Shown here: positions 1 to 9,775 of the stretch, in pieces
How positions within the stretch are numbered: position 1 is the stretch's first letter
Layout: the number at the start of each line of letters is the position of its first letter
NCBI GenBank assembly: GCA_041666325.1
Contig: JBAYHC010000004.1
Location: forward strand, 929 to 64,928
DNA: 64,000 nt
Source: Patescibacteria group bacterium
GTDB taxonomy: Bacteria; Patescibacteriota; UBA1384; XYA2-FULL-43-10; 1-14-0-10-43-13
Reading direction: 5' to 3'
Made by a program: the position numbers and the translations under genes
Notes under the pieces: model-generated
The model's input: only the letters and a program-made list of their open reading frames with translations
What the model was told of the DNA's origin: nothing
The model's database searches: none

Positions 1-776
1 CCACGCCAATGAAACTTAAAGTTCTGAATAAATCCGTGCGACCATCGACGAAGCTGCTTGCTCATAAAAGTATAATTATTTGGCTCTATCGGATAACAAA
101 GTGCGCCAGTTACAAACCTAACCTTATGTCCTGCCTGGTAAAAGCTCCAGGTTAAATCCATATCCTCAGCCATCGTGCGAGTTGACCACCCCCCATTCGC
201 CTGAAGAACGGATGACCTGTAAACAGAAAAGCAACCGGAAGAAATGAGAGGACATTCATAATAATCCTGAACCTGTTTAAAGAAAACGAATGCAAAGAGA
301 TACTCAATATATCTACCCCTTTCCCACAATGTTCTCACATATCTTGGCAGGACAAAACCGCAAGCAGCCGCTACCTTTGGGTCTTGCAGGGCAGGCAAAA
401 GTCTCTCTATCGCGTCTGGAGCAAGAATAGTATCTGCATCTATTGCCATCGTGAACTTAGTCGTAACACTCTTAAGGGCAAAATTTTGTGCTCCCGCCTT
501 TGTCCCAGTGTTTGCCTCAGGGCGCAACACCTCCGCACCAGCTGCACGAGCTATCTCGCCGGTTCCATCGCTAGAAAAATCATCAACGACAATGATCCTG
601 GCTACCTTAACGGTCTGATTCTTTAGACTTTTAACAGTATCGGCAATACTTTTTGCCTCGTTAAAAGCCGGTATGATTATAGTCAGATCAGAAGCCATGT
701 CCCGAACGCTCCAAAGTGGTGGCTTTTGATTATTGTGCAATAAATCTGTAAATAATAATTTTTTGATCTTTGTCAT
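1..776 (-). CDS. Glycosyltransferase family 2, processive type (PgaC/cellulose synthase-like); runs off the window edge
   Basis: Manual translation (not in ORF track): MTKIKK...LTIIIPAFNEA...IIVVDDFSSDGT...IDADT...MAEDMDLT...QLRRW; carries the D,D,D,QxxRW signature. Confidence 0.9.
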   Translation of the reverse strand, partial: MTKIKKLLFTDLLHNNQKPPLWSVRDMASDLTIIIPAFNEAKSIADTVKSLKNQTVKVARIIVVDDFSSDGTGEIARAAGAEVLRPEANTGTKAGAQNFALKSVTTKFTMAIDADTILAPDAIERLLPALQDPKVAAACGFVLPRYVRTLWERGRYIEYLFAFVFFKQVQDYYECPLISSGCFSVYRSSVLQANGGWSTRTMAEDMDLTWSFYQAGHKVRFVTGALCYPIEPNNYTFMSKQLRRWSHGFIQNFKFHWR

Positions 777-1123
777 AATCTCCTAATCATTAACACCACG
801 ATTTTTCACAACAACCTGAACTGCAGCAAGTGTCCTCATCCTCATCCTCATCACCAGCACATATTAAGCCAGCCCCAGATCATAGCTCAAGCATGCCAAA
901 AACGCAAAGGAACTATCACCAACCAACAAGTCATGCTTCAACGGCAATCAAACAAATGTGCGGTAACAATACCCGACTCATCAATATGATCAAAAATTAT
1001 TATTTAATAATCGGAATCTTTGTTTTTTTCTGTAGATGAAACAAGCAGATTTCCAAACTTTCCTTCATTGGCTGGCATGATAGAATTGTGTGCTATTCAA
1101 TTAGACAAGGAGAACAAAACAAC

Positions 1124-1648
1124 ATGACCAAATCATCGTCAATAATAAAACTAGCCGCAACCGCCTTTATCGTGCTGACAATTGCCTCCTCGCCAGAGAA
1201 TGCCAGCGCATCTCACAACGGTAAACCATACGAGATGTGGGCGAAGCAATATTTTTCGGCACGCGAGTATTATCACAGAGTTTATAGCCGCTATTTTTCT
1301 CAATATCACGACCGATTTCCCGAACAACACCAGCAATCAGTTCACCTGGTGGTTGCGCCCACTGAGGTTTCCAGCCAGCAAACAACGGCATCCGTTCAAT
1401 TCACATTGAGTAACACAGGATCGACAACCATTAACCTACAAAATAGTGCCCCATGGAGGATAACCAACGATCAGGGACAGACTGTTTTTAGTCCAATTTC
1501 GGCCCAGGTCATTACACCCCTTGCACCGGGAGAGAGCAAAACATGGCGATGGGATCTGCGCAACAATCAGGGCGCAAGAGTCCCTTCCGGTTATTATCGA
1601 GTTGTATTCGATGGCCTAGGCGTATCCACCAGGTTCTTTGTTCAGTAA
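1124..1648 (+). CDS. Secreted protein with C-terminal Ig-like domain (BsuPI/FlgD-Ig-like)
   Basis: Signal peptide; FTLSNTG...PLAPGESKTWRWDLRNNQGARVPSGYYRV; AAGGAG upstream of ATG 1124. Confidence 0.65.
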   Translation: MTKSSSIIKLAATAFIVLTIASSPENASASHNGKPYEMWAKQYFSAREYYHRVYSRYFSQYHDRFPEQHQQSVHLVVAPTEVSSQQTTASVQFTLSNTGSTTINLQNSAPWRITNDQGQTVFSPISAQVITPLAPGESKTWRWDLRNNQGARVPSGYYRVVFDGLGVSTRFFVQ

Positions 1649-1706
1649 CAACAATCAACATTTCATCGAATCCTAAAGAGAGAAGCCAAATAATCACAAG
1701 GAGCAT

Positions 1707-2135
1707 ATGAGTACCGGACTTGATGTTTTTGACACAACAATACAAAAAACCAACCAGATTCTTGGTGGCATCGAGAGAGAACTTGGTTGGGAAGCACGCC
1801 GCAATCAGTCATACCTCTCCCTCCGATCCGTACTGCATGCATTACGCGACCGGCTACCCATCAATGACAGCGTGAATCTCGCCGCACAGTTTCCAATTCT
1901 TCTCAAGGGTATCTACTACGATAACTGGAGCTCCGAATCAGTGCCGCTGCGCATGGACAGAGAGGAATTCCTGGGTCGGATCCAGGCGGAGTTTCCCTTC
2001 GAAGTCGAGAACGGAATTGAAGGAATGACGAGAATCGTGTTGAAAAAGGTCTTCGACGCAGTCGACTCGGGCGAACGGCAGAAGCTAATGCGCATGCTGC
2101 CGCCAGACATCGCCGACCTGCTCAAGCAGGAGTAA
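1707..2135 (+). CDS. DUF2267 family protein
   Basis: MSTGLDVFDTTIQKTN...LRSVLHALRDRL...LAAQFP...KGIYYDNW; AAGGAG RBS. Confidence 0.85.
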   Translation: MSTGLDVFDTTIQKTNQILGGIERELGWEARRNQSYLSLRSVLHALRDRLPINDSVNLAAQFPILLKGIYYDNWSSESVPLRMDREEFLGRIQAEFPFEVENGIEGMTRIVLKKVFDAVDSGERQKLMRMLPPDIADLLKQE

Positions 2136-2194
2136 GAGTCATCCGTGGCGATATCCTAAGCGCAAAACCATCCCAGCGAAACTTTTGCCTGACA

Positions 2195-2977
2195 CTAAAC
2201 TGCTTTGCGGTAGCGATATACCGCCAAGGGGACGAAAATAATGATAATCCCCGCTACCCACAATAATGTTCGCCACACACTGGCGCTGTCCCCGATGCCT
2301 TGCATCAGATAGCGTGTTGCGTTCACCACCTGAGTTACCGGTTGATTTTCAGCAAATTTCCGGAGCCAATCCGGCATTGTTTGGGTTGGAACAAAGACAG
2401 AGCTCGCAAAAACCAGAGGAAATACCCAGACAAAGCCAGAAGTCTGAGCGGTTTCCGGATCACGAACCAGAAGCCCGATTGTGAGCGAGATCCAGGAAAA
2501 GGCAAAACCGAAGAGCAAAGTAACCAAAAGCGCAAGAAGACCATTTCCAATTCCATTATTAAATCTGAACCCAATCAGCTCTCCAACCAGGAGCATTATC
2601 AACAAGACCATTACATTGCGGCTTGCGTCTGCCAACGCCCGCCCAGCTACCACCGCAGATCGGCTCATCGGCAAACTTCGGAAACGGTCGATTACACCCT
2701 TGTTCAGATCGTCTGCCATGCCAATACCGGTTTGGAGCGACCCGAATATCGAAGTCTGAGCCAGAATCCCCGGCAATAAAAAATTAATATATGACTGAGT
2801 GCCAGTACCGGCTTGAGTAACTGCTCCGCCAAAAACGTAATTAAACAGGAGCAAGAACATTATTGGCTGGACACTTGAGAAAAAGAGCAGCTGGGGCGTC
2901 CTGAGCAAGCGAGTAAAATTACGCCTTGTGATCGTTGCAATGTCTCGTAAATTTAGCAATAAACTCATCATATTCAC
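2195..2977 (-). CDS. ABC-2 type exporter permease (DrrB-like)
   Basis: QPIMFLLLFNYVFGGA, GVIDRFRSLPMSRSAV, FASSVFVP..MPDWL..FAENQP; about 6 TM segments. Confidence 0.92.
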   Translation of the reverse strand: MNMMSLLLNLRDIATITRRNFTRLLRTPQLLFFSSVQPIMFLLLFNYVFGGAVTQAGTGTQSYINFLLPGILAQTSIFGSLQTGIGMADDLNKGVIDRFRSLPMSRSAVVAGRALADASRNVMVLLIMLLVGELIGFRFNNGIGNGLLALLVTLLFGFAFSWISLTIGLLVRDPETAQTSGFVWVFPLVFASSVFVPTQTMPDWLRKFAENQPVTQVVNATRYLMQGIGDSASVWRTLLWVAGIIIIFVPLAVYRYRKAV

Positions 2978-3930
2978 CTCTTCTCGTCATTTATAGTTTT
3001 GTTTCCCGTCACGGCCAAAAAGACATCATCCAGACTGGGTCGATGCAATGCAATCTCATCAGCCTGAATGTTGCCCTCTTCCAGAGCGCGCGCGACAGAC
3101 AATAGCGTCTTGCTGCCCTCTTTGGCGGGAACGCGGAAGTGGCCGGTGGTTTCATCGAAGACGATCTCTTTGCCAGCGATTTTTGCAAGCAACTTCATGG
3201 CTCCCGACTTATCTTCTGGTCGAATAGCGACCTCAACAATGTCACGGCCCAAACTAGACTTCAATTCTGTTGATGTACCTTTGGCTACCACGCTACCGCG
3301 ATCAATAACAGCAATATATGAAGCTAACGCGTCAGCCTCCTCCAGATATTGCGTGGTGAGCAAGATGGTTGCACCGTTTTTAACCAAATCCTTAATAATA
3401 TCCCAGAGTTCCAGTCGGGTACGCGGGTCAAGACCGGTCGTAGGCTCATCGAGGAATATTACCTTTGGCTCGCCAATCAAGCTCGCGCCCAGATCAAGGC
3501 GGCGGCGCATTCCGCCCGAGTAAGTCCTAACTATTCGATCTGCTGCGTCAGTCAGGCCGAGACGTTCAAGCAGATTGTCCGCCCGCTTACGAGTTTCGTG
3601 GTTTGGCAGATGGTAGAGGGAACCAATCATCTTTAGAGTCTCTCGTCCGGTCAGAAAGTCATCGACTGCCGCATACTGGCCTGCCAGACCGATGATCTTG
3701 CGCACCTTAGCTGGCTCTTTGACCACGTCTAATCCGGAGATTGTTGCCTTACCGCTCGACGGAGGAAGAAGTGTTGCCAAGATACGGATCAGGGTTGTTT
3801 TGCCGGCGCCATTTGGTCCAAGCAAACCAAAGATTGTCCCCTTCTCGACCGCCAAGTTCACACCAGCAAGCGCTGTCGTTTTGCCAAACAGGCGCGATAC
3901 GCCCGAAACTTCAATAATAGGTTTTGTCAT
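2974..3930 (-). CDS. ABC exporter ATP-binding subunit (DrrA-like)
   Basis: Walker A GPNGAGKTT, signature YSGGMRRRLDL, Walker B IFLDEPTTGLD, TTQYLEEAD; 4-nt overlap with permease. Confidence 0.95.
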   Translation of the reverse strand: MTKPIIEVSGVSRLFGKTTALAGVNLAVEKGTIFGLLGPNGAGKTTLIRILATLLPPSSGKATISGLDVVKEPAKVRKIIGLAGQYAAVDDFLTGRETLKMIGSLYHLPNHETRKRADNLLERLGLTDAADRIVRTYSGGMRRRLDLGASLIGEPKVIFLDEPTTGLDPRTRLELWDIIKDLVKNGATILLTTQYLEEADALASYIAVIDRGSVVAKGTSTELKSSLGRDIVEVAIRPEDKSGAMKLLAKIAGKEIVFDETTGHFRVPAKEGSKTLLSVARALEEGNIQADEIALHRPSLDDVFLAVTGNKTINDEKR

Positions 3931-4104
3931 AGTCTATTCCTTCACAATCTTTGAATCACTAATTCATAGGTGCTTTAATATGTTACCACCCATGGCAGAT
4001 GAAAGCCATAACTTTGCTTGCAATTAATTAGATAAAAATAATCAAGTCTAAAAACAAAAAACCGGCGGCGGCCATATGAGTGGGCTTGCCAACCGGCGGA
4101 AGAG

Positions 4105-4620
4105 CTACATCGGCACATCACGAGGCACAAAGTCCCTGAGTGAGTAGGAAAACGAAACCTGATTGTGAAGAATAATCTCGACATTCGCGCCAACTGCGAC
4201 CGCGCGGCCGATGTTCCAGGCAAGTTGATCACCTGCCTCGAGCGGCGACTCGACGACAATTCTCTCCCCCAGGTCCTCATCGAAAATAGTCTGTACCCTA
4301 GGAAAACAAGAATCTTTCGGAAAGAAAATCTCGGCGCCACTCGGCAAGACCATCTCGACATCCATGAAGTCATTCAGGGCACGAGCCAGGGGAAGACTGT
4401 CCTCATAGCTCATGTCGATCGAAGAATAGACTCGCACGTGCATGGTCGAACCAGCTCGCTTGCCTTCGGGTTTCAGCCAGCGCACCTTTGCTGCGTCGGG
4501 ATCAAAGAAAATACAAATCGTTTCATCAGCAAAGCGCGGATCAAGCCTCGTTCTCAGATACCCCTCGATAACATCAATATCATCCCCATTCGAAACGTCG
4601 AAGAATTCGTATCTTGGCAC
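4105..4620 (-). CDS. Hypothetical protein (ORFan)
   Basis: 171 aa ORF with upstream TTGATA-16-TATAAT and GGGAG. Confidence 0.6.
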   Translation of the reverse strand: MPRYEFFDVSNGDDIDVIEGYLRTRLDPRFADETICIFFDPDAAKVRWLKPEGKRAGSTMHVRVYSSIDMSYEDSLPLARALNDFMDVEMVLPSGAEIFFPKDSCFPRVQTIFDEDLGERIVVESPLEAGDQLAWNIGRAVAVGANVEIILHNQVSFSYSLRDFVPRDVPM

Positions 4621-4730
4621 TCCATCTCTCCCTTCGCTTCGATGTCGATATTATACACTGTTGCCTGATTTTATCAACACAAAAAGACTGCCGGCGCAGA
4701 CCAGACACCTTCAAATCAGTCATTCTGCTC

Positions 4731-5198
4731 TCAAGAGATCAGGGATTGCATGTCGAGCAATACTTCGTCGGCGTGCTCGGCCGGCTTCACCTTAGGGTAG
4801 ATCTTGGCGATTTTGCCATCAGGATCGATCAAAAACGAGGACCGAATCACGCCCATATATTCGCGACCCATAAACTTTTTCTTTTGCCAAACACTATATG
4901 ACTGAACAGCCTCCTTGTTCTCGTCGGCCAGTAGAGTAAAAGGCAAGCTATACTTCTGTGCAAATTTCCTGTGGCTAGAAACCGAATCAACACTAACCCC
5001 CAGGACGACTGCGCCGAGATTATCAAACCTTGGTAGGTTATCTCTCATGCCGCAAGCTTCTGCCGTACAACCCGGAGTGTCATCCCTGGGATAAAAATAG
5101 AGCAAGACCCACTTGCCAACATAATCCCTCAATGAATGCGCTCCTCCCTCTGAGTCCGGTAGCGAAAAATCTGGAGCGCTATCTCCTGTTTTTAGCAT
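4731..5198 (-). CDS. bcp: Thioredoxin-dependent peroxiredoxin, BCP family
   Basis: LYFYPRDDTPGCTAEAC, RSSFLIDPDGKIAKIY. Confidence 0.95.
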   Translation of the reverse strand: MLKTGDSAPDFSLPDSEGGAHSLRDYVGKWVLLYFYPRDDTPGCTAEACGMRDNLPRFDNLGAVVLGVSVDSVSSHRKFAQKYSLPFTLLADENKEAVQSYSVWQKKKFMGREYMGVIRSSFLIDPDGKIAKIYPKVKPAEHADEVLLDMQSLIS

Positions 5199-5344
5199 GT
5201 CTTCCTTTCACTGTTACCCATCAAACATATAAGTATAGCAAATACAGCACAGAGGCCGGAAGTTCAATCAAAAATCATTGCCTGTATTGAATTTTATTTA
5301 ATTAGTGCTACAATACTTTCAGCAAAAGGAAGGAGAGAACGCTC

Positions 5345-6163
5345 ATGCCAGATTTGAGCAGTCTCATTCGTTACGATGTCCCATCTTTTGTGCGGCTCTC
5401 TGGTGGCCCGAGGTCAATATCGCTGGTCCTACACCCTTGTGCTGACAAGCTTTTTAGGGAAATAGCCCCGGCTTCACGTGATTCATGGCATGCCCAAATC
5501 CAATCGTCCGGACTTTCGCACTTTGGTCTGGATTTGCCCAAATTTAGTTTCAACGGGATGAGTTGGGGCTTTGGCGGTGCTGGCCAGCTTTTCACTAATC
5601 AATCGGGTGAATCCATCACTGCTCAGGGTATTGTGTTCGATCTTCCGCAAGCGGAAGATTGGAGTCCGGCTTCGATGCGCCCCTTCTACAACATCCTTGC
5701 CAGCTTGCATGTGGCAACCCAGTTGCTTGAAAAATATCAGGGCGAGGGTGGATGGAATAGCCATCAGGGCTTGGTTGTAAGTAATGTCAACTTTATCCCC
5801 GGCCACGATCCGGTCTTTCGTTTGATTGTTCCGCCGGCACTTGGTCGAGCACTGAGTCACTGCCGTATCTGCCAAATGGGTTGGAAGGCAGCGGTTGGCA
5901 AAGCCATGTATCAGTCCTTTAGCCACATGGTTGGTAAGTGGTGGCGGTACATGGACCCCTTCTGGCTGACCTGGTTCGGCGCACGGCCGCAATTGATCGG
6001 TCCCGATAGCGCAAGGCTTGTCGCTGCTTACAGCAATCACGGAGAGGGGTGGGAAATGCGAACTTACACTCAAAACAGAAACCCGTTGCTCAACGCCCCA
6101 TTAGCACTAATGTTACTCGTCGGTGCGGCTGAGCTATCGAGACTTGCTCTTGATCACCGCTAG
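5345..6163 (+). CDS. Hypothetical protein (ORFan)
   Basis: 272 aa ORF, AAGGAG RBS, followed by GC hairpin and T-run near 6186-6214. Confidence 0.65.
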   Translation: MPDLSSLIRYDVPSFVRLSGGPRSISLVLHPCADKLFREIAPASRDSWHAQIQSSGLSHFGLDLPKFSFNGMSWGFGGAGQLFTNQSGESITAQGIVFDLPQAEDWSPASMRPFYNILASLHVATQLLEKYQGEGGWNSHQGLVVSNVNFIPGHDPVFRLIVPPALGRALSHCRICQMGWKAAVGKAMYQSFSHMVGKWWRYMDPFWLTWFGARPQLIGPDSARLVAAYSNHGEGWEMRTYTQNRNPLLNAPLALMLLVGAAELSRLALDHR

Positions 6164-6293
6164 ACCATTTGTGTCTGCAATTTCCCGCCAGAGTCCCGCG
6201 ACCTGGCGCTTTTTTATACACAGACAAAAATGAGAAAAAATTAGACTAGCTAGTAACGACACAGCCAAAATTGAGAACTCTATATCTAATCAA

Positions 6294-7754
6294 CTACCAA
6301 CTGCCAAAGGCAGTAGGAGGTTTCTCGTTGTCATCCTCTACCTTGACCTCTGGGGTAGCAGGAATTGAAGTGGCGGCAACAGGGGTGTCTTGATCCTGCG
6401 GTTGGATATCCTGGGGAGTGTCATTAATCGGCCGTTGGCCCGTCTGGAAAACCGGATCTGCGTTCACCTCGAGCGATTTGTTAGCGCTAGTATCTTTGTT
6501 ATCCAGAGAAACACTGGCAACACTCTCAATGGTCATATTATCATCAGGGACAACTGGCTGACTCGACGCAAAGTTAACGGTTGCTTCCTGCGGTTGATTG
6601 GTCGGAGAAACAACGACTGGATCCCTGACATCTTCCGGTCTTAATAGACCTTGTGACTGACGACGCTTCTTCATAAATACGACAATAACGATCAAAGCCA
6701 ACAAGGACACACCTGCCGCTACTATCAAAAGGCTATTATTCTTGCCAGACGTAGCGGTTGGATCAGCATCTATTAGGGTTGCCACTTCCTCTTGGTCTGC
6801 CACAGACCCTGTGCTAATCGGCGGAGCCTCGCTGACGAGTTTGTTGGCAGCATCAACAGTAAATTTGAATGGGCTAGCTGCTCTTGCCGTCGCACCATCC
6901 TTCGTTGCATACACATAAGCGGTATGCGCTCCCGAGATTAGAGGCTCAGATAGTACAATAGACCAGAGACCCTGATTGTCAGCCGTGGTTGTTTTGGAGA
7001 TCTTTGTACTGAATATCGCGATACCAACAAGAGAATTCTGTGCAGAAACACCACTTAACTTGACACCTGTCAAATTATCGGAAGATAAGTCATTTTGCGC
7101 CGAAGCGTCAATACCAACTTGAACACTTAGCGCAGGATCAACGGAAAATTTACCCCACTCTGCTTCCAGATCTACCTGGTCGTCCGGAAGTGTTGGCGCA
7201 ACAGGAGCGACCACTGCTGACGTACCAGACGCAGCCGGGACTGTCTCGACCGGCTTTGTTGTAGTTGAAGTGCTTGAGCTTGTCGAGGCAGCCTTAATGG
7301 TGTAGCTTCCGCTAACAGCGGAACTAAAGTTTTCGGTCACGCTATATCCATCCGTTGCTTTGACAGAGCCATTGGTGATTGAGATAGATGCGGCACCGGA
7401 CTTCTTGCCCTTCACTTTCATTGTATAGGCAGTGACACTGCTCTTGGAACCGGAAACGCCCCCGAAGAAATTAAGAGAACTAATACTTGGTTCTGTCGTC
7501 CATTTCGCCACATCCGACCCCTTGGTCAAGCTGACAACTGTTAAATTATCAACACTGACAGAGGCGCCAAAGGTAGTGAAATTTTGTCCACCGCCGTTAA
7601 CCACCAAGCTAACATCGAACTGTTGACCGACTGTTTTGGTACCGCTAGCCGGTGAGACAGAGATGCTTGCTGACCCTGCTCTAGCCGGACTGGCATGCGA
7701 AGCGGCAGCCAAAGTGATCAGTAGCGCAAAAATAATTTGTGTAATTTTTTTCAT
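6294..7754 (-). CDS. Membrane-anchored surface protein: signal peptide, cohesin-like domain, S/T/P linker, Ig-like domain, TM, acidic tail
   Basis: SISVSPASGTKTVGQQFDVSLVVN...MKVKGKKSGAASISI resembles a cohesin beta-sandwich; TM LLIVAAGVSLLALIVIVVF followed by KKRR. Confidence 0.75.
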   Translation of the reverse strand: MKKITQIIFALLITLAAASHASPARAGSASISVSPASGTKTVGQQFDVSLVVNGGGQNFTTFGASVSVDNLTVVSLTKGSDVAKWTTEPSISSLNFFGGVSGSKSSVTAYTMKVKGKKSGAASISITNGSVKATDGYSVTENFSSAVSGSYTIKAASTSSSTSTTTKPVETVPAASGTSAVVAPVAPTLPDDQVDLEAEWGKFSVDPALSVQVGIDASAQNDLSSDNLTGVKLSGVSAQNSLVGIAIFSTKISKTTTADNQGLWSIVLSEPLISGAHTAYVYATKDGATARAASPFKFTVDAANKLVSEAPPISTGSVADQEEVATLIDADPTATSGKNNSLLIVAAGVSLLALIVIVVFMKKRRQSQGLLRPEDVRDPVVVSPTNQPQEATVNFASSQPVVPDDNMTIESVASVSLDNKDTSANKSLEVNADPVFQTGQRPINDTPQDIQPQDQDTPVAATSIPATPEVKVEDDNEKPPTAFGSW

Positions 7755-7790
7755 CTTCGTCAGTCCTCTTATTAGTCCCTAAAAAATCGC

Positions 7791-9290
7791 TTAAGACCAC
7801 CAATACATCAGAATTGTGAAGTCATCGTTATCAACTTTACCTGCCAGACCGAAATCGGCCATGGTATTTGTCGGCGCACCCCAATTAAATAGAAGTAGCG
7901 TAAAGTCATCGTTATCAATTTTGCTGTCATTGTTTATGTCGCCTGCCTTATAGACAGTAAATGTCATGTCGCTCGTTGCAGCATTGCCGGCCGCATCGCT
8001 TGCTGTTAGGCGTAAGACATATGTGCCAGCTTCGCTGGCCTTAACGGTTGTATCTTCAGCATCAGCCGAGCCAAATGTTATATCTCCGGAGCCAGACACT
8101 TTGGTCCAAGCATAGGTTGTTGCATCAGAAACAGTCGCGTCTTGAGTGATGGTGCTATTTGGGTATGCTGTCATATTGCTGCCAGCGCTGACAGTCGGAG
8201 GCGTTGTATCGGACGCAGGCACAGACACAGTCTCAATGATTGTAGCCGCCGCAGCGCTCGAAACATTGCCTGCAGCATCAGTAGCAGTCACGCTCAGCGT
8301 GTTAGTAGTATCCTGCGTCAATGTAACGACAATTGAATAAGCGGTCGCACCACCGGTCAACTGTTGGGTCGCAGTGGCTGCGCCGCCCGTAATTGTGACA
8401 AGTGAATTCGCTTCGGCTGTACCGGTAATCGTCTGACTGTCTGCATCAACTGGCGAGGCAACAGTAGAGATAGTCGGTGCAACAGGAACAGTATTATCAA
8501 TAGTAAAGGTAGCGCCGCTAATCGGTGTTTCAACGACATCATTGCTAGATAGATCATTGCCATCGATTGAAATTGTGGCAACATTGACATCGCCGTTAGG
8601 CACGTCCAGATCGTAGTAGTAGTGAGTATCATCGATCCTGGTCATGTCGCCTGCGGCCCATGAAAGAATATTATTATCAATTTGAATTGAAGTAGTGCAG
8701 GCTTCAGTACACATTATCTCAGGGAAAGTCGCTTTTATCCTGAGAGTATTTGTGCTATTTACGACAGCGGTTGAGGCCCAAGTAGTTCCGCCATCAGTTG
8801 AGTACGTCAATGCCGCCACAGGCGCAGCACCATCAGCCTCAGGCATATTCTGGTCAGTAACCACCCTCATCTCGGCGAGGCCAACATCTCTCATGTCGCC
8901 AGAAGAAGAACTGTACGACAAGCCAAGATCCGCACCAGTATCGTAATCACTTTGTTCATTCAACGGCAAAATAAATGTAGCGTTATCCGCCCAGGTGCCG
9001 ACAGCTCCCGGACCGTAAGCAGACAAAACAACAGAGAAACCAGCTGTTGATGTGACAGAGGTGTCCATCGGCTCGCTAAACAAAATTGTGTATTTGTCAA
9101 TCTTGCCATCTTGGTCGGCATCACCAGTAGTAGCGGAAATAATCGTTGGCTCACCTTCTGCTTTTGTGACGGCAAAGTGATTATAGAGAAACTTGGCCGA
9201 TGATATTAAACCCAAAAAAAGCAGACAAAAAACTGCCACCCGCTTGATGACTAGTCTCTGCTCGAATCCCTCTAGATCAATTTTTGTCAT
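7791..9290 (-). CDS. Surface protein with Ig-like/PKD-like repeats and C-terminal dockerin-like domain
   Basis: N-terminal TM; ATDAAGN and ASDAAGN Ig motifs; duplicated Ca-binding loops GDINNDSKIDNDDF and ADFGLAGKVDNDDF; GGAGGGG before ATG 9290. Confidence 0.8.
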   Translation of the reverse strand: MTKIDLEGFEQRLVIKRVAVFCLLFLGLISSAKFLYNHFAVTKAEGEPTIISATTGDADQDGKIDKYTILFSEPMDTSVTSTAGFSVVLSAYGPGAVGTWADNATFILPLNEQSDYDTGADLGLSYSSSSGDMRDVGLAEMRVVTDQNMPEADGAAPVAALTYSTDGGTTWASTAVVNSTNTLRIKATFPEIMCTEACTTSIQIDNNILSWAAGDMTRIDDTHYYYDLDVPNGDVNVATISIDGNDLSSNDVVETPISGATFTIDNTVPVAPTISTVASPVDADSQTITGTAEANSLVTITGGAATATQQLTGGATAYSIVVTLTQDTTNTLSVTATDAAGNVSSAAAATIIETVSVPASDTTPPTVSAGSNMTAYPNSTITQDATVSDATTYAWTKVSGSGDITFGSADAEDTTVKASEAGTYVLRLTASDAAGNAATSDMTFTVYKAGDINNDSKIDNDDFTLLLFNWGAPTNTMADFGLAGKVDNDDFTILMYWWS

Positions 9291-9690
9291 ACCCCTCCAC
9301 CTTAGTCTGGATTCTAGCCCCAGGTGACTTCTTCGAACCTGAAAACTTTCACGCAGTTGATCAATGTCAGCGCCCAAGGCCCCTCGCTGCACTCAGGATC
9401 TCGGCTCTGCGCCTTGCTCCAACGATGAAATGTATATTTATTATACATTTCATGTCTAGGATTTATCAATACACCACAATAATCACAAAGGCATGATTAT
9501 CGTGAAAAATAGTTCTGCATGGTGTTTATACAGTCCTGCAAGCGAATAATTGGAAATATAACACTCTTGTCTCCTTGCGCCGCAGTACTATTTTCCAAAC
9601 CTACTCGAAAGTATCGGCAAAGCTCACAACTATTGATTTTCTCCAACCAGACAAGTTTTCGGTGCTACCCTTCTAAAAGCCAGTTCCACC

Positions 9691-9719
9691 TTGACAAAAT
9701 GTCTAGGTTGTTATAGAAT
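9691..9719 (+). promoter_or_regulatory. sigma70-type promoter for the DUF2617-speE operon
   Basis: TTGACA-17 nt-TAGAAT. Confidence 0.7.
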
Positions 9720-9775
9720 ACGCGTGGCTTCTTGAGCAATAGAATAAACAAAGAAGCAGGAGGAGGGGCAGTCAG

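Noticed and set aside
830-1039. 69-aa ORF with poly-Ser from a (TCCTCA)n microrepeat
   Set aside because: No RBS, low complexity, lies in a divergent promoter region.
6120-6163. GAAELSR at the end of ORFan 5345..6163 resembles GAAELAR at the end of 38459..39505
   Set aside because: Only seven residues with no further alignable sequence; probably chance.
9340-9425. Partial resemblance to c-di-GMP-I (GGCGCAGAGCC) and glycine (GGAGCAA...TTTCAGG) riboswitch words
   Set aside because: The other conserved elements and helices of those families are missing; kept only as an unnamed structured leader.
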